Made by a program: the position numbers and the translations under genes. Under the pieces are notes generated by a model. That model ran no database searches. It saw only the letters and a list, made by a program, of their open reading frames with translations, and was not told the DNA's origin. A stretch of 60,728 nt of DNA from Saprolegnia diclina VS20 (lineage: Eukaryota): the NCBI RefSeq assembly GCF_000281045.1, contig NW_008246096.1:287727-348454 (forward strand), given 5' to 3'. Below are positions 1-12,389 of this stretch, piece by piece (positions within the stretch are counted from its first letter, which is position 1; each line of letters opens with the position of its first letter).

Positions 1-1596
1 GGCGAGCGCAATGTTCTCTTCAGCGGTCGCCGTCGGGAGCGGCGGCAAGTTGAACGAGAACGTCGACGTCGTAAAGCCCGCGGCCGCTTGCGCCGGCGTC
101 ACGAACGCCAAGTCCATCACGTAACCCTTGGCGTGCGTCTTGACGGCCTGCACGAGTGCGTTCCCGACGGCGTTCGTGACTTCGTACGCCTTGCGGTTGC
201 GCGCCTCAACGCCGACGTGGTTGCTCGTGAGGCGGTAGAGCTGGTCATGCTTGGCCGTCGTATCGAGGAGCGCGCCGGTCCAGCGCACCTTTTCGAGCAG
301 CGCAACCGACTTGGCCGACGCGCTGTTGGCGATAATCGTGCCGGCGGTCGTGAAGCCACGGCTGACGCTCTTGCTCATGCTGATAAAGACCATCGTCGTG
401 AGGCCGGGGGCGACATCCGACATTTTGCGCATGACTTCGCACGCCGGCGCAAACGTCGTGTCGACAAGCAGCAGCACGTCCTTGCCCGTGCGCGTCTGGT
501 ACGACGTCAGATGCGTTGCGAGCGTGGCCATGTCCGGGACCTTCATGTCTGGGTTGGTCGGGATCTCGACAAAGAGCACCGTCGTCTTGTTCTTTGGCGA
601 GAGCGCATCGAGCGCCGCCTTGATCGACGACGAGATCTCGTTCTTGCCCGTGATGTCGAACGTCGACTTGGAGAAGAGCGTCGGCGCGCGCGACGTAAAG
701 ATGTCGGTGAGCTGCGACGAGCCGCCGTACGCGGTGCTGGCCATGAGCACGTCGGCGCCGCCCGACTGGAGGAGCGCGAGCCAGAGCGTGCACACGGACG
801 GGAGGCCGGCCGTGAAGACGACCGGCTGCGCGTCGGCCTTGGCGTCCGTGCCCGACATGGTCTGCAAATGCGCGTAGAACGCGTTGAGCTCTTCGGGCGA
901 CGAGCGATCCTGGTCGGCCGTCACCTTGACGTTGGCAATCGCCTGGAGGTACGCCTCGCACACGGGCGTCGTGAGCGGCGTCGCGAGGCGCTTACGCACG
1001 ACGAGGACGTCGGCCGGCGCAATCTTGGCCGTGTTGTGGATGTACAAGACCGAGTTGGGCGTCACGATACCGTCGGCGTGGGCGACCGCGGTCGGCGTCG
1101 CCTGAAGCGAGAGCACAACGACCGACGCGTCAGCGACGGGGCGACCGGCGCGGACCGTCAAGTTGGTGTTGAGGAGCTTGAGGGCATCGATCTGCTCTTG
1201 CGTGAACGGCGTCGTCGCGCTCTCGTCGACGTAGAGGACGACTGGAAGCTTGGCGGCGAGGAGCACCGAGATGATCGGCATCGTCGTCGAACCAAACGTA
1301 AAGACTTGCGCCGTGGGCAAGCCAACCTGGGCGCCGAGGACAAACTCGAGCAGCGTCGAGATGTTGGACGAGACGCGGAGGTAGTCTTCGGCGTTGCCGG
1401 TCGCCGTGAGCTCAGCCTCGGTAATGGTCGCGTCCTTGGCCGCGTGCTTGGCGCTGATGAGCGCCTCAATGTTGGCGGCGAAGGCTTCGCGGCCGAGCAG
1501 CGCCGAGTTGGCAAAGGTCGTGCCCCGCCACTCGTACGGGAGGTTGGCGAGGATCACGGGCAAGTACTGCTGCACGATAGCGAAGGAGGCGACCAT
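1..1596 (-). CDS. Cys/Met metabolism PLP-dependent enzyme (cystathionine gamma-synthase/beta-lyase family), long form with N-terminal extension; 3' end runs off the window
   Basis: Uninterrupted minus-strand frame from ATG 1596 (MVASFAIVQQYLPVILANLPYEW...) to the window edge; not in the ORF track because there is no stop. Contains TAYGGS, FVEIPTNPDMKVPD, LLVDTTFAP and the PLP-lysine motif ISMSKSVSRG. Confidence 0.85.
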   Translation of the reverse strand, partial: MVASFAIVQQYLPVILANLPYEWRGTTFANSALLGREAFAANIEALISAKHAAKDATITEAELTATGNAEDYLRVSSNISTLLEFVLGAQVGLPTAQVFTFGSTTMPIISVLLAAKLPVVLYVDESATTPFTQEQIDALKLLNTNLTVRAGRPVADASVVVLSLQATPTAVAHADGIVTPNSVLYIHNTAKIAPADVLVVRKRLATPLTTPVCEAYLQAIANVKVTADQDRSSPEELNAFYAHLQTMSGTDAKADAQPVVFTAGLPSVCTLWLALLQSGGADVLMASTAYGGSSQLTDIFTSRAPTLFSKSTFDITGKNEISSSIKAALDALSPKNKTTVLFVEIPTNPDMKVPDMATLATHLTSYQTRTGKDVLLLVDTTFAPACEVMRKMSDVAPGLTTMVFISMSKSVSRGFTTAGTIIANSASAKSVALLEKVRWTGALLDTTAKHDQLYRLTSNHVGVEARNRKAYEVTNAVGNALVQAVKTHAKGYVMDLAFVTPAQAAAGFTTSTFSFNLPPLPTATAEENIALA

Positions 1597-1600
1597 GGTG

Positions 1601-1616
1601 CAAATGCAAAATGAGA
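1601..1616 (-). promoter_or_regulatory. Oomycete initiator + flanking promoter region (Inr/FPR) element
   Basis: Minus strand reads TCTCATTTTGCATTTG just upstream of ATG 1596, matching the oomycete TCATTYYNCAWTTY-type consensus. CCAAT boxes lie further upstream on the same strand (~1655, ~1730). Confidence 0.7.
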
Positions 1617-2379
1617 CGTCAGCGACCACGAGCCGAATAATGATTCGCGTGTTTGATTGGCTGATAATTCTGTCGAATCGGCGCCGCCACCATGAAGCGG
1701 TGTGCAAGGTGGGCGATTCGCGCGTGATGATTGGCGCACAAGTAGCGAATCACGTGCCGCCAAAAGGATTTTCCCAGCCAGCGGGACAAACCCTGCAGCA
1801 ATTGCCTTGAAAAAGACGCTGGCCACCTGTTCTTGAAAACAAGCTGGTAAGCGCGCACGCGGCACTGTACTGAATCAAGGGAATCTGTGCTGCACCCCGA
1901 CCCCTATGCGGGGAAATATCCATGGGATGTCCCAGTGCAAGACTCGAGGAGTTCGGTGGAACGTCAGTGGCGAATGGCGTCAGCAATGGCGACCAACGCC
2001 TAGGAAGACGGCGATGGGCCGCCATCGCTTGAGCTCGCTCAACCTAGTTGATGGAAGGAAGCTATCTGAGCGATATGAGAGAAGTTGATGGCGCCTGTCT
2101 GGGCCGAAGATCCGTGGGCGTGAAGCTGTGAAATGTGTGGCTGGCAGACGACGTCAAGGTTGAAGACCGGAGTTCAAGCACATCCTCTTGAGGATTGTGA
2201 TGACGCTGATTCGAAGAAAGGCCTGCTTTCGTCTCGCGGGCCGCACGAGCAGTCGCAAGGGGGCGCGACAGGCGAGGGAGGTGGCATTGGTAGAACCGGT
2301 TACAGCGGTTGGACCAGTCGGTTAGACAATGAAAGGACCGGTTTAGTGAACCGTGGTTGTGGCAAGATCTGGACTGGAA

Positions 2380-3863
2380 ATGATCTCCGTCGCGCAGTGC
2401 GACGTCGGTATCAAGCGCGATGGCTTGGCGCTCGCCGAGCTGCATGAGCAAGCGCTTGGTCTCCAAGGGCTGCTGCATGAGATCTGTACGACGATGACCA
2501 TGCGCATCCAGGCGGTCGCGTCGTCGGTTGAGGCGAGTGAGGCAGCTGTCGAGGCGCAGCGGGCGGCGACCACCGACTTCTTGGCCACGCACGAGCCTGT
2601 GTGGACCCGATCGCCTATCACGCTGTAAATCACCTGGGTATGCTAGGTCACTCTCAGGATCAACTCGATCTTTGATGCGCTTCAGGGCCAGGCCGTGGAC
2701 CCCAATATGGTAGCGACTTGTATGGCCCATCGGTGGGTCCTTGATGAAGCATGTGCCAGGTCGGCGGCGAGGAGGGCAAGACGCTCTTCGACTTTGTCGA
2801 TGGCGACACAGTGCTGCAGCTGCAAAAGGACGCCGCCGCGCATGGCGCCATGTTGACCGCGCAACCTTTGGCTGCCTGGCACTCATCGCTGCCAATCACT
2901 AGGCTGCACGCGCTCGTGGCAAAGCATGCGATGGCCCTCGACACCATCCGCTCGATGCTTCATTTCTACTACACGATCGATTTTGAGATCCTTGGTGACG
3001 CGACGTCGTCGTTCGAAGCGATTGCGATCCCCGGTGGCGACGTGTGGGCGACCCTCGCCAGCCACGTCGGCGACCTCGTGGCCCGCACCGCCGAGAACAT
3101 CCCACAGCACGTACGACGACGCCCTTGGACGTTCCATTGAACTCCTTTGTTGACCTCTGACGTAGCGATCGTTGCTCGATGGCAACACCTCGTACGCAGC
3201 GGATTTGCGTATTTGCGCTCCTGATGCTGTCGGTAGCCAAGTCTCATCGTCGTCCCTCGCGCTGGTCAAGGCCAGCCAAGACGCTGTCGACCGGCTGAGT
3301 ACGCTCTACGACACGGCCGTACCACCGATGCCCTTCATTCTCTCCGGTGCATCATCGACATGTCTGTAGCTCGACCACTTTGTGGATATGGAGCAGTGCG
3401 ACCGCAAGATCGTCGAGAGCTTCGCCGACATGCACGACGTCAACGTCGAGTACGACCGCGTCTACAGTGCGACACGCGCGCTGTACGAGGAGCTCGTGAC
3501 GCTCGAGGGGTTCTATGCCCAGTTCCAAGCGTCGTTTGCGTCGCTGGCCATCGAGCTCGGACGGCGAAAGGCGTTTGCACAGCAGCATCTGCACGCGGTA
3601 GACATGACGCGACGACGTCGACGAATTGCGATACGTCCTGCGTAGGCGCGGGAGATGCAGGCGCGGCTGCGTGCTGCCGAAGAGGCCGAGCAAAAGGCGC
3701 GGCAAGCCTACGCGACGCTGCACCTTCGATTCCTTCCCGCGTCATTGGCCCCGCTCGTCGAGGTACGATGCAACAACGAGATGGAGTGCAGATCGATCAA
3801 CGGACGCCGTAGGAAGCGCCGTTGACGATGCGCCTCGAGCTCGTGCGTCCGACCGTCGAGTAG
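2380..3863 (+). CDS. Autophagy protein ATG17/ATG11-like coiled-coil protein (multi-exon; start uncertain)
   Basis: Exons seen in ORFs 2353, 2751, 3172 and 3382. The spliced C-terminus FYAQFQASFASLAIELGRRKAF...EMQARLRAAEEAEQKARQAYATLHLRFLPASLAPL resembles the ATG17 C-terminal pattern. Stop TAG at 3861-3863. Confidence 0.6.
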
Positions 3864-3892
3864 CCAGAGCAACATTGTGTGTACTGTATCAT

Positions 3893-5339
3893 TCACTGCG
3901 TCGACGGTCGACTACTACTGCTAGCTATAAGGTGCTCGTTCTTGACGAGGTCGGTGGCGGGCGACGCACTGGGTGTTGCTGTCGGCATCGTCGGTTGGCT
4001 CTTGGCGGCGCGCTTCTCGATCTTGACTTTGGCGGCCTCTTCCTGGATAACCTTGATCTTGTCGTTGTACAGCCCGAGGATATCACCATAGGGCGTAAAG
4101 CTACAGTCGAGTCGTCAGCTGCTCGGAGCGTACATACCAAGGGTTTACCCGAGGTTGTACAGTGCTCGTAGCGCGTCCGAGCCTGTCAGCGTCGTTTTGC
4201 CGCGCTTGTTGATGATCGCTTGGTCCCGCGTCTCGCTCGTCAAGTAGAGGAGAAACTCGGTCACACACTCTTGCATGAGCTCTAGGGAATGATGTAGGAG
4301 GCGACGCGCTATCGAGTCGAATACCTTTGGCGTCCTCGGCGATCTTGACCTTGGACTCTTTTGGGAGCGCGGCCTTCATGACCTTGTTGATGTTGCGCAC
4401 CGGGATGTACAGATGGTCGTCGTCGGCGCCGGGCGTCGCGGACCGCATTGTCATGTCGACAAAGAAAGGGCTTTCGCTAATGGGCCCGGATGGACGCGGC
4501 GCGGTTGCGCTGACTGCTTGCGCTGCCTTGGGCTTAGGCTCGAGCGCCTTCTTCTTGGGCACCTTGACCACGAGCGACGAGGAGGACGCGGATAGCGTTG
4601 GACCAAAGTCGAGCTTTCGCGGGGTGTTGTTGGTCGGCGTTGGTGCTTGAGCGCTGGTGCTGGGCGCGTGGACGGGTGGTGTCGCCAGCGACGAGGCCGA
4701 CGAGTGCACGGCGTGTTGCTGCGGCGTCGCTTGTCGGCTTTGTTGCTGCTTGGAGTACTGCGCATGTGCTTCGTGAATGCTATTGTGGAGCTGGCTCTGG
4801 AGTGCGTGCGAGGGCGGCGTCGCGGACGGGGCGCGGATCTGCGCTTGGGCTTGAATGGCCACGAGGAGGTGCTGTAGGATGATCGCATACTGCTTCGCAA
4901 CGACGTTCGTCCACACGTACGGCTGCCGGCTCTGCTTTATCTGTGCACATTGTACAAACTCGTTCTTGGCCTCCCGCAGCATTTGGATCGGCAGGAACGG
5001 ACCTGTGGCTTCCGGCGGCGTCAGCGTCGGATGGAACGTCTGCGCCTGGAACCAGCCAAAGAGCGCTTGCAGCACGAGCACGACTTCATCTGCCGTGCTG
5101 GCGTTGTGGAACGCGTACAGGAGGTTCAAGAGCTCGGACGTGCCAAAGTCGTCGTTCGAGTCCAGCCCGAGCGCGGCCGTCGCCTTGTTGCTGCGGTCGG
5201 TCGGCGTCGTGCGTACCCGCGTCGGCGCATCGGCCAACGTAGGTACGTGCACTGGCGTCGGCGTGGGGCGCGACGGATGGCTAGCCGCCGGCGACGACCG
5301 ACCTGCGCCGTTGTAGCTCGGGACCGGCGCCGACTCCAT
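3893..5339 (-). CDS. Histone-fold CCAAT-binding factor (NF-YB/CBF-A-like) with long low-complexity N-terminus; 2 introns
   Basis: Spliced translation DDHLYIPVRNINKVMKAALPKESKVKIAEDAK|ELMQECVTEFLLYLTSETRDQAIINKRGKTTLTGSDALRALYNLG|FTPYGDIL is a typical NF-YB histone fold. Confidence 0.85.
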
Positions 5340-5973
5340 CTCGTGGCCGGTGAAAATATTTTAAAACCATTTCATCATTTTATTGCGTATACTCGGCGGC
5401 AGATGTCGAGTACAAACGCAGATTCGTGAACTCCCATTGGCCAAAACAAAGAATTCCGCGTGAAGATATCTCAAGTTGCCGCCAACGGACCCAGTCCCTT
5501 CTTCGTGACGCCGTGGCCGTCATGGCCGCCTCGGCAGACACGACACCAGCCTGTATGGCCTAGGAGGTATAGCGCTGCTCGGCAGCGTGGTATGACGCAT
5601 TGCGTCTCTCCTGCCACGCCGTTCGTTGAAGCCAAGTGCAAACTGAGAGCGTCGGCACTCGAGTAGCTTAGCTAGCGTTGCAGTGATCTATAAGAACTTA
5701 GCTCCTCGATTGGACGGGTATGGGAGTGTACAGCCTGAGGAGGCGGAGCCTGACCGCCAGGTACGAAACGAGCGAGGGCAGAACACCCGAGGCACGAGCC
5801 GTGGGAAGGCTTCGTCGCAACGGTAGAGCAGGTCGCCAAGAGTGTGGCCAGGGTCTATAAACACTCTCTGGATCGTGTGCGATACCGAGGATGTGAGGAC
5901 TTGAAGCCCGGTTACGCAAATGCCTGTTTTTGTCAGGTGTTAGAGGGTTCACCAGGCGTTACGGCGTCCAAGC

Positions 5974-8767
5974 ATGGGGGGGGCGTCGCCTGCGCTGGTC
6001 TCCGCTCGACGCGATCACTTGGGTCTGTCTCATCTACACGGTGGTCGTGGCGGCCATGCACATTGGTATCACGCAGCTCCCGGCCGTCGTCGCCTTCCTC
6101 GACCTCGTTTCACCGTTGCAGACAAGCTTCGTCTTGCTCTGCTGCACGGGCTTGCATGCGTACGGGTCGCTCGTGCTGTTGCAGTCGCGCCGACGCATCA
6201 ACCTCATTACGAGCCAGCTCCGGCACTTGAGTCCGCTCGGTCGTCGCCACAAAGCCATGTCGACGACGCCTCGTCGGACGCGGACGTTCCGCTTTGGTAG
6301 CTTCTTTCGACTACGTCTGCACCCGGCCGAAGTCGCCCCCGATCTGCAGGTCGTCAAGGACGTGATTCGCCGCCGGTCATTGCTTTTGGATCAAATACAG
6401 GCACCGCGCATGGAGCGCTTTGCGCTTTCGTGGAAGGTACACACCGCTTGCCTATCGCCTTCGGTTGTGCGATGACACGTAGGCGCGATTCGTGCAAGTT
6501 CAAATGGCCTGTGAAGGCGCATACGCCCGGTGCGCGCATGCTTGTACACTCCATGTACCAAGGCCAACTAGGTTTTTCGGCCCCAAAGGCGTGTTTAGCC
6601 GAACAGGATCACTGTACGAGGTCCGCATCTTTCTGCGGCAAGCCATCGCCGTGCCGCTTCAAGTCTACCGTGGCGCCAAGTGGAGTGCGAACGTCGAGAG
6701 CCCGTGCGTCGTTTTGTATGGCCTCGTCCTCGCGCTCGAGTGCATGCTCGTGCCGCCGTTAATCGCGTATGCTCGCTCAAATCCAAAAACCACAAAAGCC
6801 ACGTTGTCCGTAGGTGGAATTTCTACAAGTACGCGGACCCTAACCAGCGCGATCAGTGCCGCAAGCTGCGCGTGTACATCTTGACGCTTGCGATCGCATT
6901 TGACTTGGTGCTGGGCATTTGCCTCCCGATCGCGATCGTCGCCCCAGTGCTCGTGGCCTGTCTGCGCAACCCGAGCATTCTCACCAACCCGACGTTTGAC
7001 GTTTACGCCGTGTCGGTCATCAAAGCCTTTATGGTACCTCCTCGGTGGCTCGTTGAGCGACACGTATCTCTGCGTGAGGTGGCGTCGCTATTAGAACTCG
7101 CGGCATTGGTCGCGCCACTCGTGCTCATTGCCATCAGCGTGCGCAGCCTCCATGACGCGATCGTGTCGACGTTTCTCTGGGAAAGCATCGTAGGGCACTT
7201 CCTATATCTCGTAATCACGTGGTGGTGGTTAGGTGACGGCGGCGTCGCCCGGGAGCCACTTTGAGAACCTCCAGCGCTATCTGACGCTGGGCGACTTGGA
7301 CGGACGGGTGCCCTCCAAGTGGCTTCAGCGACACGGGACCACACGCCACAAAGTCGTTGGCTGGCGCAGCCTGTCGCATATACTCATGCGTTGTGTAGAA
7401 GACGCGCGAGCTCAATGCGTCCTCGGTGCGCGCTTGGCGGGGCATGTCAGAGCTACTTGATGTCTCATGTAGTTGTTTGCACGACTCGGTCACAAGTCGA
7501 CTGGGCACTTTACGCCCGTGTTGCCCATGATCCAAGACTCGAGCCCGACGCTCGAGCTACTGCACCACACGCTAGGGTACGCGCGCGACCACGTTGGTCG
7601 ATCGCTTCTCTTTCTTGGCGCGACGGTTGTCGGCAGCGTTCTTGGCTCGCTCGTGCTCACGGTAGACTACTTATCTACTACTAGTGCATCATCTCGACAC
7701 TTAGATTGTCCTGCGGGCGTCGCTGACCAACGAGTGTGTTGGTCCGACAGCGCCGCCGTACGTTGCGTGCTTGCTACCGCTGCGCCCGTGGCGCCTCGGG
7801 TGGGATCAAGTCTGCGTCTGCCAAGCCGTCGAGATTCTCTGCCCGCCCCGTACGCTACGGCTTGGCGTCATCGGATGACTGACAGCTGCTTAGAGATGAC
7901 AGAGTCGCTCGACGAGATCCTAACAAAGCTTACGGCGCCAGATGTCCGTCTACTCTCGCTGGACGCTTGTGCCTTTGAGACGGCGCCACGAGGACTCGGC
8001 CAGCTGCAGCAACTGTGGGGCCTCCGCGTTCGGGGCGCCGGCTGGAATGCGACCGACCCGGGCCTTGACTTGACAACGCTGCGCCATCTCGTGTTGGTTG
8101 GAGCTCATAGAGCTCAACATTGACGTGCAACTAGGTACTTTCAGGTGCGCCTCAACGCGTGGAGAGAGGTGCCATCGCTCTTGTCCCGCCTTCCGCCGCA
8201 TCTGTTTGTGCTGGATGTCGGCGAAATGGCGCTGACGATTTGGCCAACTTGGGTCTCAGCAGCATGGACGAATGTGCAGCAGCTCATTCTAGTGAGCAAT
8301 CATCTGACGTCGCTTCCTGCACCGCTCTTGGGTCTCTCGAGTCTTCTCTCGCTCGACTTGACCAACAACTCGATACTGTCGCTCCCGAGTTTGCCTGTAC
8401 CGTCTCTCGATGCGTGGTGGCATTGGATGCTTATCGACCACCTGCGTAGTGGTCCACTTGGCCCCAACTGAGCCGTCTTCGACTCGCCAGCAATCGACTC
8501 GATGCATTCCCTATTTCATGGTTCACGGCCTTGCCGGAGCTCTCGACTTTGACGCTGGCGGAGAATGCGCTGCGCACATGCGACGTGCCGCCTCGTTCGC
8601 TGCGCTTGTATACATTGGACGGTAACCCGTGCTGCGCTGCGAGCGAGTCGTTCCCAGCGTGCCACTCGAGCTGCAGTCCGCTCTGCGATGCCGAGTACGC
8701 CGCGTCGCCTATCTGCAACGCATTTTGCCCGCGTTCGTGCCAAGCATGCGAATCTGCCTCGTCGTAA
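5974..8767 (+). CDS. Multi-pass TM + Cys-rich + LRR + C-terminal Cys (LNR-like) protein, array copy 1; apparent +1 frameshift in a G8 tract right after the ATG
   Basis: Exons RRLRWSPLDAITWVCLIY; RFFGPKGVFSRTGSLYEVR; WNFYKY; CLLPLRPWRLGWDQVCVC; LRRs (LILVSNHLTSLP, LDLTNNSILSLP); LDGNPCC..CSPLCD. Homologous to the three downstream copies. Confidence 0.75.
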
Positions 8768-9301
8768 GCGCCAATATTCGTGCTACGTACAATAGAAGCT
8801 TTGGCCAAGGGAGATACTCTCTTTTCCGTGACACACTCTGAGTAATTCCGCTCCCTTGCCTTGGCCGACCGACGCTACTGTTGCCATCAAGATCTACATC
8901 CCTCCGTAGGTTTGGTAAAGAGAGCTGGAAGGGTGCAGCTCGTGGGGCAGCTCTTGCTTCTGCTCGTGGCCGATGAAGACCAGTGACCTCATTTGACGCC
9001 CAACTGACTGATGTGATATCGAAACTGCCGCGCTGCTGCCGTAGACAGGACCGCCGCAAAACGCTTGGCGCCACACAGCGTGACGAGTCAAGAGCGCGAT
9101 CAGCGATGTTCTTGAGAAAGCCAAGTGCAGGTACAATCTATAGCTCCATCGTAACCCGTCGAGTCTGCCAGAGTGCGGAGTGCCGGAGCCCACGAGGTCG
9201 TTGGAGTCGCGGGGGAATGGCCCTACGGCACCGTTTCGGTTACGCAGATAACTGCTGATAGCACTGGCTATTTCTGCCGCATTTTCCCGACTGGCGCCAC
9301 C

Positions 9302-12118
9302 ATGTTCAAGCGCCGTCTTCGCGTCTCGCCGCTGGATGCCATTGCGTGGATCTGCGTCTTGTATGCGGGAACGACAGCGTACTTGCACATGCGCCTCGCC
9401 CGCATGCCCGCCGTCGTATCGTTTCTCTCGCTCCTCAATCCGCTCGGGTCGGGCGCCGTCTTTTCCCTCTGTAGCGCCCTCCACGCCCGTGTTGCCTACC
9501 ATCTCGTCGCCTCACGCTATCGCATCAACTCGACGACGAGCCAGCTGCGCGCCATCAAGCCCCTCGTCGTGCGCGGCCGCCGGCCCAAAGCCGTCCACAT
9601 CGTGCCGCGCCTGACGCGGTCGCTGCGGCTCAAGAGTTTTTTTCGGCTTCGTCTCAAGTCGAACGAGATTGCGACTGACCTCCAAGTCGTGCACTCAGCG
9701 CTTCGCCGCCAATCGATCTTGGACCTGGGTAGCGTCCCGATGCAGAAGCTTGTACTCACATGGAAGGTATGCCGTTGTGCTTCCAACGGAAGCTGCCTTT
9801 GTCGAGTAGGGTCGATGGGTGCGACTTCAAATCGCTGGCGAAGGTCATTATGCACGGTACTTGAGAACCGCTCGGCTCTTATGGAGCGAGAGTGGCGAGT
9901 AGGTTTATGGGCCCGAAAGGCTTCTTCAGCCGCGCGGGGTCCCACTACGAGCTGCGACTGCTTCTCCGTGAGTGCATTGTCCTGCCATTACAGCTGGTGC
10001 GCGGCGTCAACTGGAGCGGTCGCATCCGCAACAACTTTGTCGTGCTGTACGGCCTCATCTTTGCGCTGCATTGCGCGGTCCTACCTGCCCTCATCGCGTA
10101 CATAACAGTAAAAGGAAAAACCACCTCAATCTCAGGGACGTAGGTGGAATTTCTACAAGTATGCCGATTCGCGGCAGCGAGCCAAGCACCGGAAGCTCCG
10201 CGAGTGGATCCTCGTGCTCGTCATGGCGTTCGACATGATGCTCAGCGTCGGCATTCCAATTGCGATCATTGTACCGGCCTACTGGCGCTACTACGTCAAC
10301 CCGGCTATCCTCTCGGACGTAAACTTTGATGTTTACGCCGTCTCGATTATCAAGTCGTTTATGGTACGCGGTACCCGATACATTGACAGTTGAAATTAAC
10401 GCTAGGTGGCGTCCGTCCTGGACTTGATCGCGCTCGTCGTACCGCTGTTCTTGATCGCAGTGACGTTGCACAATCTGCACGAGGCGCGCGTTGCGGCGTT
10501 TCTCTGGGATAGCATTGTACGTACTTGAAGGGAAATTGTGGAGCATCGTCCGGCGTAGGTGACCGCTGCGTCGCCCGTGGACCAGCTCGCCCACTTGAAA
10601 AAGTACTTCAACTTGACCGACTTGGAGGGTCGGCTGCCGTCCAAAACGCTTCGCAACGGGGCATTGCTTAACCTTGGCGTACGATCCATAACCTCGAACT
10701 CGTTTTCCACGGTTTTCGACTAGGGCGGACAACCACCGCGCGATTTTGCCTCGGTTCACCTGCTACAATATGCGCTACAATCCTCATGACAACTTGCGCA
10801 TGTAGCTGTTTGCAAACTGGCCTTCGCTCAAGAAGATGCGGGCGGTCTCCGTCGCTCCGTGGCAGCAAGAGCGCAGCCCTACAGAGCAGCATTTGGCTCC
10901 CATTCAGGACGAAGATTCCCCCGACCACGCGGGTCGACTTGCCCTCTTTGGTGCTGTGCTATTGGTCGGCAGCACAGTGGCCGTCCTCGTTCTAGTGGTA
11001 CGGAGTTCCGTCGACAATCATCTGGCCACAGCTGCGTAGGTGGTGCTGCGCGCCGCATCTGCGACCACTTGTCTTCCGCCGCTTCTCACCGACCACTTGA
11101 GCTGCGCGGGCAGCCTTCGCCCGTGGCACTTGTCCCCACTGTGGGACCAATCGTGCGTTTGCCAGATTGTACATATCCACTGTCCCTCCGATTCGGGTCT
11201 CATAGCCATCTGAACCCGCCACTTATTGATACCTTGATACAATACTAGAAACCCCCGTGTACGACAACGTCGCAGCCTTTGTGACAACGTACCCGACCGA
11301 GCATATCAACTACCTAAAGCTCCAGGGGTGTGATCTCCGCCGCCTCTATTCGTCGATGGTGCGTCTCAGCGACCTATGGGGCCTTGAAGCCAGCGCAGTG
11401 CCAACCTCAGAGGCGCCAGACATCGAACTGGCACAGTTCTCCAAACTTGTGTACGGACCCAGCTTGCCGGCGCGCGTTCTGAGCTTTTACGTAGCTACTT
11501 GTCGCTGCGACAGAACCCATGGCCCGAGCTTCCACGGCTTTTAAAAAAAGTTCCGCCGCTCCTCTCGGCGCTGGACCTCTCGGAGACGTCCTTCCGCAAT
11601 TGGCCGGCGTGGGTGGGCGCTGCGTGGTCTAATCTCACGCAGCTAACCGTCGTGAGCGCGCGCTTGATGTCGTTTCCGACGGCTCTCTTTGAGCTCGACT
11701 GGCTCGCAACACTCGACTTGACCAACAACTCGATTGAGTCCTTACCCCCCGTGCCGGTGCGACACGCTTTCTCCCGCCTGCGTAGGCAAATGACTTCGGG
11801 TAGGACGGCGCGTGGACCCGCGTCAAGGATCTGCGCCTTGGCGGCAACCAGCTACGGACCATTCCACCCAATATCTTTGCCCTCCCGAGCCTCCAGACGC
11901 TGACGCTGGCCAAGAACGTACTCACTTCGTGCCCCGTTGCGCCGATGCCACTTGGGATTTACACACTTGACGGCAACCCGTGCTGCTCCCCATCTTTGTC
12001 AGCTTGTGCGTCGAGCTGCAGTCCGCTCTGCGACTACTACTATGCAAAGTCCCCGGTCTGCAGTCCGTTCTGCAACAGTAGCATTGCGTGCCGCACGACC
12101 TCGAGCTGCTCCGTGTAG
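9302..12118 (+). CDS. Multi-pass TM + Cys-rich + LRR + LNR-like protein, array copy 2
   Basis: MFKRRLRVSPLDAIAWICVLY; RFMGPKGFFSRAGSHYELR; WNFYKY; SLRPWHLSPLWDQSCVC; LDLSETSF, LDLTNNSIESLP; YTLDGNPCC..CSPLCDYYYAKSPVCSPFCN; stop TAG 12116-12118. Confidence 0.8.
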
Positions 12119-12389
12119 CTGCCAGCTCTCCACCGCCTAAGGTCATCGAGTAGGTCTTGGTCTAACGCCAGATACGAATCGACACCTGTCTGTTCCATAC
12201 ATTAGCGCCACGCAACACACCAGGCACCCGTCGGTGCATGCTACGTCGTCATCAAAGCCGTGTAGAAAGGACAAGGACCGCTAAGATTCGAAATGAGATA
12301 GAGAGTTATAAACTTATTCCAATTCGGAAACGGCGCAAGTTGGACTTGAGCAACGGCTACGTCGCTTTATAAATACGGCTTCAACTCGG

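Noticed and set aside
88..1614. 508-aa plus-strand ORF
   Set aside because: Arg-rich antisense shadow of the minus-strand PLP enzyme, caused by GC3 codon bias.
5460..5960. Intergenic segment with purine-rich stretch, checked for an ncRNA or TE end
   Set aside because: No tRNA boxes, terminal inverted repeats or recognisable RNA family seen by eye.
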